In this document: positions 8,533 to 17,131 of the stretch, in pieces
How positions within the stretch are numbered: position 1 is the stretch's first letter
Layout of the letters: each line of letters opens with the position of its first letter
NCBI GenBank assembly: GCA_016217935.1
Contig: JACRFJ010000010.1
Location: 1 to 60,095 of the forward strand
Direction of reading: 5' to 3'
From: Candidatus Kaiserbacteria bacterium
Lineage (GTDB): Bacteria; Patescibacteriota; Minisyncoccia; Phycocordibacterales; UBA2100
Length of the DNA stretch: 60,095 nucleotides
Program-made: the position numbers and the translations under genes
The notes under the pieces: model-generated
What the model saw: only the letters and a program-made list of their open reading frames with translations
Told to the model about the DNA's origin: nothing
Database searches by the model: none

Positions 8533-8612
8533 GAGCACCACGGTTCAACAGTTCGATGGAGGAAGCAATTACGTACCACGTTCCATTTTCTACGAACTAC
8601 TTTCTATTTCTT

Positions 8613-9143
8613 ATGGCAGGACATAGTAAATGGGCACAAATAAAGAGGCAGAAGGGAGTCAACGACGCCGCCAAAGGAAATCTGTGGGGCAAGTTTGGCA
8701 AACGAATCGCAGTTGAAAGTAAAAAGGCGAACGGCGACGTGAGTGCGCCGAATCTCAGATCAGTGATCGAGACAGCAAAGAAAGCAAACATGCCCAAAGA
8801 CAATATTGAGCGTGCCGTTGCCAAAGGTACTTCGGCCGATGCCGCATCACTCGAAAATGTTGTGTACGAAACATACGGCCCTGGCGGGGCCGCGATTTTA
8901 ATTGAGACTGTGACGGATAGCCGCAATCGCACCGCAGCAGAAATCAAACACTTGCTCTCGAAACTCGGTCTTACTCTCGCTGCACCTGGCTCTGCCGCAT
9001 GGGCATTTGAAAAAACTACGGAGGGTTACGCGCCGAAAGCCACAGTACCGCTTTCCGAAGCGGATGATAGAGCGCTCATGGAAATCCTCGAGACAATTGA
9101 CGCCCACGACGACGTCGAGGAGGTGTACACAAACGCCGTTTGA
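8613..9143 (+). CDS. yebC: YebC/PmpR-family transcriptional regulator (short)
   Basis: Has the canonical N-terminus MAGHSKWAQIKRQK at ATG 8613 (the ORF opens at 8556), plus NMPKDNIERAV and YETYGPGG...TDSRNRT. Confidence 0.88.
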   Translation: MAGHSKWAQIKRQKGVNDAAKGNLWGKFGKRIAVESKKANGDVSAPNLRSVIETAKKANMPKDNIERAVAKGTSADAASLENVVYETYGPGGAAILIETVTDSRNRTAAEIKHLLSKLGLTLAAPGSAAWAFEKTTEGYAPKATVPLSEADDRALMEILETIDAHDDVEEVYTNAV

Positions 9144-9213
9144 GTTCGCCGGAACACTGGTACGATATACACAGGAAGCGTCTGTGCCCCAGACGCACCC
9201 ATGGAGAACTGCC

Positions 9214-9414
9214 ATGAACGAAATCGCCGCTAAGTTGCGCACCTCCGCGCTGAAAGGCGCCGGTGCGTTCATCGAAGACGCGCGAGTGGGGTGGAACAAC
9301 CGACCTCGGTGGGCCGTCGTGCAGTGCTTTGCTGACGCCACTTTGGCGATCCTGGCTGCGGTGGGAATAATGTTTGCGCTGGTTCCCGCTGCGTACTTCT
9401 TTCCGTTCCCTTGA
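9214..9414 (+). CDS. small (66 aa) tail-anchored membrane protein, hypothetical
   Basis: A GGAG at 9203-9206 sits 7 nt before the ATG at 9214. The product is MNEIAAKLRTSALKG...ATLAILAAVGIMFALVPAAYFFPFP, with a C-terminal TM helix. A strong terminator follows at 9433-9465. Confidence 0.45.
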   Translation: MNEIAAKLRTSALKGAGAFIEDARVGWNNRPRWAVVQCFADATLAILAAVGIMFALVPAAYFFPFP

Positions 9415-9432
9415 GACCCCCGGAGAATTGAG

Positions 9433-9465
9433 CGGCGCCCCTCGTGGCGCCGACTCTTTTTGTGT
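9433..9465 (+). terminator. intrinsic terminator CGGCGCC-CCTCGT-GGCGCCG + ACTCTTTTTGTGT
   Basis: GC-rich 7-bp stem followed by a T-run, read directly from the sequence. Confidence 0.7.
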
Positions 9466-9481
9466 ACGATACACTTACTCT

Positions 9482-9973
9482 ATGCGCGTATTGGCGATTG
9501 ATCCCGGATATGGCCGATGTGGAATGGCCGTGCTGGAAAGAAATGGCACCAAAGACACCCTCCTCTACTCCACATGCGTCGAGACCCCAGCAAAATCAGA
9601 CTTTTCCGAGCGACTACGTACGGTCGTTGCTGCATGCGAGCGTCTCCTCCACGAATACCACCCCAATGTGCTCGCAATGGAAAAACTCTATTTTGCGAGC
9701 AATAAAACGACCGCCATGCGGGTTGCGGAAGTACGCGGTGCGGTTTTGCACGTCGCGGCCGCTGCGGGAGTTGCGGTCAGTGAATATACGCCCGGTGAAG
9801 TAAAGAGCGCCGCCGCCGGGTCGGGTAGTGCTGACAAAAAACAGATTGCCACAATGCTGCACGCTCTCGTGAAAATCGATAAACACATTCAACACGATGA
9901 CGAATACGACGCGATCGCGGTCGGTATCACGCATCTCGCGCATTGCTCTCATACTCGTACACAAGTAAAATAG
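9482..9973 (+). CDS. ruvC: crossover junction endodeoxyribonuclease RuvC
   Basis: Starts MRVLAIDPGYGRCGMAV at ATG 9482. Carries EKLYF and DEYDAIAVGITH catalytic-acid motifs. The ORF opens earlier, at 9374. Confidence 0.9.
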   Translation: MRVLAIDPGYGRCGMAVLERNGTKDTLLYSTCVETPAKSDFSERLRTVVAACERLLHEYHPNVLAMEKLYFASNKTTAMRVAEVRGAVLHVAAAAGVAVSEYTPGEVKSAAAGSGSADKKQIATMLHALVKIDKHIQHDDEYDAIAVGITHLAHCSHTRTQVK

Positions 9974-9993
9974 ATGCCCCGGCACGAAACACA

Positions 9994-12408
9994 ATGAAAA
10001 CGATTACGCACCTCTGGCGGCTGAGCGTCCGCCATTTCAATCGCCTACCCGAATGGATGCGGCTGAGCCTCGTCGGACTCGTCGCGCTCGCTTTTTTCAT
10101 ATTCGGTGGAGCAATTACTTGGGCAACGTTCATGCCGATCCCTGCGATCAATAATTTCGAGAGTCGGCAGGTGGCTGAGAGCACCAAAATCTATGATCGC
10201 ACTGGCAATATCGTCCTCTACGACGTCCACGGCTCGGTACGACGGACCTACGTACCGCTTGAAGCGATCAGCCCCAACATTCAAAAAGCGACGATCGCGA
10301 TCGAAGACGACGAATTTTATTCTCACCACGGTTTCCGGCCGATCTCTTTCATGCGCGCGGTACTCGCGGATCTTCTGACGGGCTCCTTCGAACAAGGAGG
10401 CTCAACGATCACCCAGCAAGTCGTAAAGAACGCACTCCTCACCAAGAAAAAAACGATCACGCGCAAATTACAAGAAATAATTTTGGCACTCCGGCTTGAG
10501 CGCGTGTACTCGAAGGACCAGATTTTGAACACGTACCTCAACGAAAATCCCTACGGTGGCACGATCTACGGCGTCGAGGAGGCTTCGCAGTACTTCTTCG
10601 GGACCGACGCCAAAAACGTCGACATCGCCGAGGCGGCATACCTCGCGGCACTCCCGCAAGCCCCCACATATTACTCCCCCTACGGCAACCATCGCGATGA
10701 GCTCGACAGGCGGAAAGATTTGGTGCTGAGCCTCATGCGTACATTCGACATGATCACCGAGGAAGAATACGAGACCGCAAAAGCCGAGCAGGTGCAATTC
10801 AAAGACGAAGCAGAAGCAGGCATCAAGGCTCCGCACTTCGTCTTTTTCGTGCGTGAATACCTCGAAGAAAAGTACGGGGTCGACGCAGTACAAAAAGAAG
10901 GTCTGAAGGTAACGACGACACTCGACTATGACTTACAGAAGAAAGCCGAAGAAACCGTAACAAAATTCGCGCCAGGCATGCAGGCAAATTTTGACGCGTC
11001 TAACGAAGGCATCGTCGCCGTGGAGCCAAGTACCGGGCAGATCCTCGCAATGGTAGGCTCACGCGGCTACTTCGACGATACGATCGACGGCAAAGTCAAC
11101 GTCACAACGTCGCATCGACAGCCGGGTTCATCATTCAAACCAATCGTGTACGCAACAGCGTTCGAAAAAGGATACACGCCCGATACCATCGTCTTCGATC
11201 TGAAAACGCAGTTCTCGACCGCGTGCGCACCGAGCAATTTCTCAGACGAACCTCCGTGCTACAGCCCCGAAAACTTCGATCTCAAATTTAAAGGGCCGGT
11301 GAAGCTCCGCGACGCGCTTGCACAGTCGATCAACATCCCCTCAATCAAGCTGCTCTACCTTACAGGAATCGAGGACTCAATCACGACAGCGCGCAATCTC
11401 GGAATCACAACGCTTGCTGACGCATCTCGCTACGGACTCACGCTGGTTCTCGGTGGTGGCGAGGTAACATTGCTCGAAATGACTGGGGCGTACAGCGTCT
11501 TTGGCAACGACGGCATGAAGAACGCCCCAACGGGGATTCTGCGCGTGGAAGATCGGCACGGTAATGTGCTCGAAGAATACACACCAAATCCGTCGCGCGT
11601 GCTCGAGCCGCAAATCGCACGACAGGTGAACGATGTGCTCTCCGACAACGAAGCGCGCGCACCAGAGTTCGGTGCCAATTCTCCACTCTACTTTCCTGGC
11701 TACAATGTCGCCGACAAAACTGGTACGACCAACGATTTCCACGACGTTTGGATCATCGGGTACACGCCCGCAATTGCGGTCGGTGCCTGGGCAGGCAACA
11801 ACGACAATTCTGCGATGCAGCGCAAGATCGCCGCATTTATCATTGCACCGATGTGGCACGACTTTATGGAATACGCACTCGAAAAATATCCCGCCGCCAC
11901 TTCGTTTGTTCCTCCTGCGCCTGAAGCCGATTACGATTCACTCCCACCGGTTCTGCGTGGCACGTGGAACACAGACGCGACGCGCGGCGTACACGAGATT
12001 CTCTACTGGGTTCGCAAAGACAATCCGCACGAGAGGCAAACGGGCAACCCCTATGCTGACTCACAGTTCCCCTACTGGGACTACGCTGTACAGCTCTGGG
12101 CTGGCCAACAGCCCGTGCCCGCAGCTCCGGGCGAAGGAGGCGAAGGAACCGGTCTGCGCATTCTCACTCCGCAGCATGGCGCGCTCGTATACTTCGGGCA
12201 AGCGATCAATATCAGCGCATACTACCCGTATCCGGAGCGAATCTCGCAGGTTTCGTATTTTCTCAATGGCGCATCAATTGGCTCTTCGTCACAGCCACCA
12301 TATGCGATCACTTTTGCGCCCAACGCGCGCGGCGTTGCAACGATCCAAGCTGCGGCACAAGGAAGCGCGGGCACCGAGACAAGCCAAATTACGGTCACGA
12401 TTCAATAA
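9994..12408 (+). CDS. class A penicillin-binding protein (GT51 glycosyltransferase + transpeptidase)
   Basis: Has an N-terminal TM helix. GT51 motifs are EDDEFYSHHGF, GGSTITQQ and RKLQE. Transpeptidase motifs are SSFKP (SxxK), SIN (SxN) and KTGTT. The ATG at 9994 (MKTITHLW) lies just after the ruvC stop. Confidence 0.93.
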   Translation: MKTITHLWRLSVRHFNRLPEWMRLSLVGLVALAFFIFGGAITWATFMPIPAINNFESRQVAESTKIYDRTGNIVLYDVHGSVRRTYVPLEAISPNIQKATIAIEDDEFYSHHGFRPISFMRAVLADLLTGSFEQGGSTITQQVVKNALLTKKKTITRKLQEIILALRLERVYSKDQILNTYLNENPYGGTIYGVEEASQYFFGTDAKNVDIAEAAYLAALPQAPTYYSPYGNHRDELDRRKDLVLSLMRTFDMITEEEYETAKAEQVQFKDEAEAGIKAPHFVFFVREYLEEKYGVDAVQKEGLKVTTTLDYDLQKKAEETVTKFAPGMQANFDASNEGIVAVEPSTGQILAMVGSRGYFDDTIDGKVNVTTSHRQPGSSFKPIVYATAFEKGYTPDTIVFDLKTQFSTACAPSNFSDEPPCYSPENFDLKFKGPVKLRDALAQSINIPSIKLLYLTGIEDSITTARNLGITTLADASRYGLTLVLGGGEVTLLEMTGAYSVFGNDGMKNAPTGILRVEDRHGNVLEEYTPNPSRVLEPQIARQVNDVLSDNEARAPEFGANSPLYFPGYNVADKTGTTNDFHDVWIIGYTPAIAVGAWAGNNDNSAMQRKIAAFIIAPMWHDFMEYALEKYPAATSFVPPAPEADYDSLPPVLRGTWNTDATRGVHEILYWVRKDNPHERQTGNPYADSQFPYWDYAVQLWAGQQPVPAAPGEGGEGTGLRILTPQHGALVYFGQAINISAYYPYPERISQVSYFLNGASIGSSSQPPYAITFAPNARGVATIQAAAQGSAGTETSQITVTIQ

Positions 12409-12482
12409 AGATCCCGCCCATTTTGCGTAGGCGGCATTGCTACGGCCGATACTCGTACGCGGCAATGAACGCTTGTTCGTTT

Positions 12483-13580
12483 TTACCGATTGAGTGGCAT
12501 CACGAGATACAGGAACGATTGGTCGGAGACGCCCCGGATCACCAGTGGTTTTCCAGGGCCCGCAAATGAAAGAACCACGCTATCACTCTCGATCGAAGAG
12601 AGACATTCTGCCAGGTACCCGATGTGGAAATTGATATCAAGATCATCACCAGAGAGCGCCGCATCGAGGGAGTCCGACATTTCGCCGACATCGTTGGATC
12701 GTGCGATCGCGGTGCAGATCTTTTTCTTGGGATAGATGTGGAATCCTACATGCTGATCATTGCCCGAAAAGACACGCGCCTTGCGGAGCATCTCGACGAG
12801 ATCGTTTTTGAGTACCGTTGCTTCGGTTGAGAATCTTTTTGGAACGATTTCTTTGTAGTTCGGAAACGTTGCGTCAACCACGCGCGACACATAGTGCAGT
12901 CCTTCTGAAGAAAGCACGAGCTGCGCTTCATCGGTCGAAAGGCCGACGCGTTCGTCCTCAACACGTTCGAGTAGGTGGGTAATCTCGTTGCCATGCCGGA
13001 GCGGCACGAGGATATCATGCCCCTCTTTCATTCCTGGTTCGAGTACGGTCTTCTCCGCGAGACGGAAAGAATCAGTCGCGACAAAAACGATCGAGCCATT
13101 TTTCATCGTAACGTAAATACTACCCAAATCAGGCCGGATCATTGACAGCGACGCAGCATACGAGACTCCCTGGATGCCACGCATGAGGCTCTCGCGTGGA
13201 AGTGAAATCACTTTTTTGGTACTCGATACAGGGATCGCAGGAAATTCGCTATGTGGAATCGCCTTGATGAGCGTTTTTGTGCCGCGTGATTCAACGAGAA
13301 GATTTTCTTCTTCGCTCGAGAGTGCCACGGTATCCCCCGTAATGGAGCGAATTGTTTGTGAAAGGATTGTTGCAGGCACTGCAATCACTCCCTTTTCTTT
13401 TACTTCTCCTGGGATATGTATTTCGATTCCTGCTTCAAGATTTGTTGCACGAAGCGAGATACCTTTCACTGCATCAATCAAAATACACGAAAGCACCGGG
13501 AGGGACTCCTTTTTTCCGGCAATGCGCTCGCAGAGCAACACAGCACGGAGAAGTTTTTCTTTTATGGTGTTGATCTTCAT
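12483..13580 (-). CDS. dnaN: DNA polymerase III beta sliding clamp
   Basis: 365 aa, immediately downstream of dnaA, with the typical three-domain length. The N-terminus MKINTIKEKLLRAVLLCERIAGKK is clamp-like. Confidence 0.92.
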   Translation of the reverse strand: MKINTIKEKLLRAVLLCERIAGKKESLPVLSCILIDAVKGISLRATNLEAGIEIHIPGEVKEKGVIAVPATILSQTIRSITGDTVALSSEEENLLVESRGTKTLIKAIPHSEFPAIPVSSTKKVISLPRESLMRGIQGVSYAASLSMIRPDLGSIYVTMKNGSIVFVATDSFRLAEKTVLEPGMKEGHDILVPLRHGNEITHLLERVEDERVGLSTDEAQLVLSSEGLHYVSRVVDATFPNYKEIVPKRFSTEATVLKNDLVEMLRKARVFSGNDQHVGFHIYPKKKICTAIARSNDVGEMSDSLDAALSGDDLDINFHIGYLAECLSSIESDSVVLSFAGPGKPLVIRGVSDQSFLYLVMPLNR

Positions 13581-13807
13581 AAGGATTCTTTATAAAAACT
13601 ATTACTACTATTAGTACTGTGGGCAGCGTGTATAAGTCAATGATTCCTTTGTGCAGAGCCACGATCTCTCAGGCTCGCGTCTGTTGAAAACTCGTGCGTG
13701 AAAGGTGTATGAAATGTGAAGAGGGGGCGGACGCGCGTATCCACAGTCTTCTTCATATGCTTTTCATCAGGTTGTTCTCTCTGAAATGCACACGTAATCC
13801 ACAGGCT
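13581..13807. other. candidate oriC segment (dnaA-dnaN spacer)
   Basis: Contains an AT-rich tract with an ACTATTA repeat at 13588-13617. DnaA-box-like 9-mers are GTATCCACA (13737-13745) and TAATCCACA (13795-13803), each 8/9 to TTATCCACA. Confidence 0.55.
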
Positions 13808-15157
13808 TTACGCATGAATGAGCGCGCGGATGTGATCGATCTCTTGCTCGAGCGCGTTATTCGATTTCATTTCCTCTTTTATTTTCTCGCACGAATGGAT
13901 TACAGTCGTGTGGTCGCGGCCACCGAGCTTTTCGCCGATCGATGGGTACGAGACAGCAAATTCTTCGCGAAGCATGTACATGATAATCTGGCGCGGCTTG
14001 ACGACCTCCTTCTTCCGCGTTTTTTCGTAGATGCTTTTTTCTGCGATCTCGTAGTATTGCGCGATCCGACGCACGACTTCCTCGACGGAGATTCCTTTGT
14101 TCGGCTTTACATTGTGCTTGATGAGCGCGCGAACATCTGCATGCGAGATCGCTTTGCCCTTGAGTTGCGACTTGCAGACGATCATGTTGAGAACGCCCTC
14201 GAGTTCTCGGATATTGCCGCGTACATTCTCCGCGATGTACTGGATGATATCGTCAGGGAGTGAGAACCCATGCTGTTCGAGTTTTGCTTTGATGATTGCG
14301 GTTCTGCTCTCGACATCGGGCTCGGGAATCTCCGCGATCATACCTCCGGAGAATCGACCTTTGAGGCGATCTTCAAAACCCGGTAAGAGCACGGGATGCT
14401 TGTCCGACGAGAAAACGATCTGTTTGTTGCTGTCACGCAATGCATTAAAGAGGTGGAAGAGCTCTTCTTGCGTCTTTTCGGTATTGGCGATGAACTGCAC
14501 GTCGTCCATGATCAAGACATCATACTGTCGGTACTGATCTTTGAAGTTGTTCGCATGTCCTGCACGGACCGCATTGATGTAATCAATCGCGAAACGCTCG
14601 GAAGTTACATAAAGTACTTTTTTATTCGCGTGTGATTTCTTGAAATAGTTGCCGACCGCTTGAATCAAGTGCGTTTTGCCATGCCCCGTTGATCCGTAAA
14701 TAAAGAGCGGGTTGTACGCAAGCCCCGGACGCTCGAGTACCGCCTTTGCAGCCGCATGAGCGAGTTGGTTGAAAGGCCCCACGACGAATGTCTCGAAGGT
14801 GTAGCGAGGGTTCAAGTTATCGCGTTTGTCGATGTAGAGCGATTGGAGGTCGAAAGAGGCGTTCTGTTGGGGTGTCTCGCGCGGCTGCTTACGGTCCGCA
14901 GAAGGTGCAGTGCGGTGCACCACGTACTCCACCGTGCGGATCGTGTTGTCGAGCGAGCGGAGTGCCTTGAGGATCAGCTTGTGATGCTTTTCAAGGAGCC
15001 ACTCTTTTACGATTTTCGACGGGACCGCGACATGGATCGTGCCGCCATCCCGATTTGATACGTCAGTATTGCGGAACCAGGTGCGGAATGAAGCTTCTGA
15101 GGTTCCGAGTTCGATTTGGACGAGCGCATTTTGCCACAGTTCTCGATTAGTAATCAT
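13808..15157 (-). CDS. dnaA: chromosomal replication initiator DnaA
   Basis: Carries GSTGHGKTHL (Walker A) and VLIMDDVQF (Walker B). The C-terminal DNA-binding signature is RQIIMYMLREEFAVSYPSIGEKLGGRDHTTVIHSCEKI. Confidence 0.97.
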   Translation of the reverse strand: MITNRELWQNALVQIELGTSEASFRTWFRNTDVSNRDGGTIHVAVPSKIVKEWLLEKHHKLILKALRSLDNTIRTVEYVVHRTAPSADRKQPRETPQQNASFDLQSLYIDKRDNLNPRYTFETFVVGPFNQLAHAAAKAVLERPGLAYNPLFIYGSTGHGKTHLIQAVGNYFKKSHANKKVLYVTSERFAIDYINAVRAGHANNFKDQYRQYDVLIMDDVQFIANTEKTQEELFHLFNALRDSNKQIVFSSDKHPVLLPGFEDRLKGRFSGGMIAEIPEPDVESRTAIIKAKLEQHGFSLPDDIIQYIAENVRGNIRELEGVLNMIVCKSQLKGKAISHADVRALIKHNVKPNKGISVEEVVRRIAQYYEIAEKSIYEKTRKKEVVKPRQIIMYMLREEFAVSYPSIGEKLGGRDHTTVIHSCEKIKEEMKSNNALEQEIDHIRALIHA

Positions 15158-15326
15158 AGTCTACTGTGTACTTTGTCATGCGCATCAAAGTTCGGTCATT
15201 ATACGCACGTCGTATGCCGGAGGGAATGTCCGGTTCGCATTCCACGATGTTTACAAGGTGTGGACAAGGTGGGGGTAATGGAGGAGAGAGCTGGAAAAAG
15301 CGAAAAAAACACGTATAGTGTTGCCA
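15158..15326. promoter_or_regulatory. dnaA/rpmH divergent control region with DnaA box and a -10 box next to rpmH
   Basis: TGTGGACAA at 15259-15267 is the reverse complement of TTGTCCACA (8/9). TATAGT at 15314-15319 lies 7 nt before the rpmH ATG. Confidence 0.45.
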
Positions 15327-15461
15327 ATGAGACGAACATATCAGCCCAAAAAGCGAAAGCGAGCAAAGACGCACGGTTTCCGGGTGCGCACAAAAACACT
15401 CGGAGGCCGTAAAGTGCTTGCGCGCCGTCGCCAGAAGGGTCGCAAACGCCTTTCAGCCTAA
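15327..15461 (+). CDS. rpmH: 50S ribosomal protein L34
   Basis: Manual translation gives [44 protein letters not shown] (44 aa). It is too short for the ORF track. Its stop overlaps the rnpA ATG by 1 nt. Confidence 0.93.
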   Translation: MRRTYQPKKRKRAKTHGFRVRTKTLGGRKVLARRRQKGRKRLSA

Positions 15462-15784
15462 TGCCCAAACGTTACAGCCTTTCGGGACCTGAAATTCGCT
15501 CGGTGAAACCGTCGCGTCGGATCAGCGGTATGCTTTTTTCGCTCGCAATTGCGAGAATTCCTGATCGCACAGTTCCCGGCGTCGCGTTTGTCGTGTCGAA
15601 AAAGGTTGCACTGCGCGCGAATGTACGCAATCTCATCAAGCGGCGTTTACGCAGTGCGGTGCGTACCCATGTTGGGAAGTTGCTCGCGGGCAGTGCGTAT
15701 ATTTTCACCGCGCGCAGGAATGCTTCGCATGCAGATTATGCAGATATCGCGAGCGATGTTCAAGACCTGATCGCAAAAATCTAG
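15461..15784 (+). CDS. rnpA: ribonuclease P protein component
   Basis: A 107-aa basic protein directly after rpmH, with FVVSKKVALRANVRNLIKRRLR (RNR-type motif). Confidence 0.88.
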   Translation: MPKRYSLSGPEIRSVKPSRRISGMLFSLAIARIPDRTVPGVAFVVSKKVALRANVRNLIKRRLRSAVRTHVGKLLAGSAYIFTARRNASHADYADIASDVQDLIAKI

Positions 15785-15824
15785 TCGATATACACCACTT
15801 CATATACACGATACAATCGAACCC

Positions 15825-16571
15825 ATGATTTCGACCCTGTTCCATGCAATCATCTACAACCCTATTTATAACGGGCTCGTTTTTTTTGTCGACCTCCTTC
15901 CCACGCACGATATTGGCATTGCGGTGGTGATCGTCACGGTTATCGTACGACTCATTCTTTTTCCACTCTCGCGCCGCGCGATCAAGGCACAAATGGGAAT
16001 GAAAGCGCTCGCGCCCGAAATCGAAGCGCTCAAGAAAAAGTACAAAGATAACCCACAAGAGCACAGTCGTGCGCTCTTCGCACTCTATCGGGAGCGCGAT
16101 GTACATCCGTTCGCCGGCTTTTTGGTACTCGTAGTCCAAATCCCCATCCTCCTTGGACTCTATTGGGTATTTGCGCGCGCAGGTTTTCCTACGGTACATG
16201 CCGATCTCCTCTACTCCTTTGTCCCGATGCCTCATGCGGTGAACATGGAATTTCTTGGTCTCGTGAATATGGGTGGCAAGAGCATCGTGCTCGCGATGCT
16301 CGCTGCGCTCACACAACTCATCTACACGCGATTGTCGATGGGGCCGAGAGGCTCACAGACTCCCGTTGAAGCAGTCGAGTCTTCTTTTTCTGCCGATATG
16401 GCGAAGAGCTTTGATTTGCAGGCGCGCTACGTGCTCCCTATCGTTGTTGGCGTGATTGCATACACAGTGGCTGCGGCCGCGCCACTCTATTGGGTGACAA
16501 GCAACATCTTTATGATCGCACAAGAGTATCTCTCAGGACGAAGGTTCAACGGAATCAAGAAAGACGCGTAA
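15825..16571 (+). CDS. yidC: membrane protein insertase YidC (short, Oxa1-like form)
   Basis: 248 aa with multiple TM helices. Sits in the rpmH-rnpA-yidC-jag synteny. Carries the IVTVIVRLILFPLSRRAIKAQ pattern. Confidence 0.88.
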   Translation: MISTLFHAIIYNPIYNGLVFFVDLLPTHDIGIAVVIVTVIVRLILFPLSRRAIKAQMGMKALAPEIEALKKKYKDNPQEHSRALFALYRERDVHPFAGFLVLVVQIPILLGLYWVFARAGFPTVHADLLYSFVPMPHAVNMEFLGLVNMGGKSIVLAMLAALTQLIYTRLSMGPRGSQTPVEAVESSFSADMAKSFDLQARYVLPIVVGVIAYTVAAAAPLYWVTSNIFMIAQEYLSGRRFNGIKKDA

Positions 16572-16610
16572 CGTTTGGTCTGTCGTGCGAAAAGGAGTAT
16601 AGTGCCCTCC

Positions 16611-17114
16611 ATGCACGATGCAGTTGAAGCGATACTAAAGGAACTTCTTGATACAATGGACGTTTCGTATACGACAATCGAGCGTTCAGAAATCGCGGGC
16701 CAAAATATCTTTTCGATTCGGACCGAGGAAGATCCGCGCTCGCTCATTGGTCCGCACGGAGATACGCTCTATGCGATCGATATACTTGTCAAGAAGATTC
16801 TCGAGAGACGGTCCGACACTGCTCACCGCGAGGCGCCGCCCGCAGGAGAGTCGCCTGTACTCAGCGACGTCGAGGTGCACTTTTTGATCGATGTAAACGA
16901 TTATCGGGTGAAGCAGATTAAGGACCTGCAAGCGAAGGCGCTCATCATGGCGGAGAGAGCGCGCAGCTTTCAATATGATGTCGAGCTCAACCCGATGAGT
17001 GCATATGAACGCCTCATCATCCACACGACCCTCCAAGATGCGCCGCACGTGAAGACCGAGTCTCAAGGAGAGGGTCGGAACAGACGAGTCGTAATCAAAT
17101 ACTCTAGCGAATAA
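16611..17114 (+). CDS. jag: Jag/KhpB-type RNA-binding protein (KH + R3H)
   Basis: Follows yidC. Has a KH-like LIGPHGDTLYAIDILV and a C-terminal R3H-like segment, LNPMSAYERLIIHTTLQDAPHVKTESQGEGRNRRVVI. The ORF opens at TTG 16575, and ATG 16611 is the likely start. Confidence 0.82.
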   Translation: MHDAVEAILKELLDTMDVSYTTIERSEIAGQNIFSIRTEEDPRSLIGPHGDTLYAIDILVKKILERRSDTAHREAPPAGESPVLSDVEVHFLIDVNDYRVKQIKDLQAKALIMAERARSFQYDVELNPMSAYERLIIHTTLQDAPHVKTESQGEGRNRRVVIKYSSE

Positions 17115-17131
17115 ATGTTTGATGTCCGGAA

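Noticed and set aside
13694-14263. 189-aa plus-strand ORF, plus 14097-14537 and 14756-15058
   Set aside because: These are antisense shadows of dnaA.
15705-16316. 203-aa minus-strand ORF
   Set aside because: It is antisense to yidC. It has no SD and a His/Arg-rich nonsense composition.
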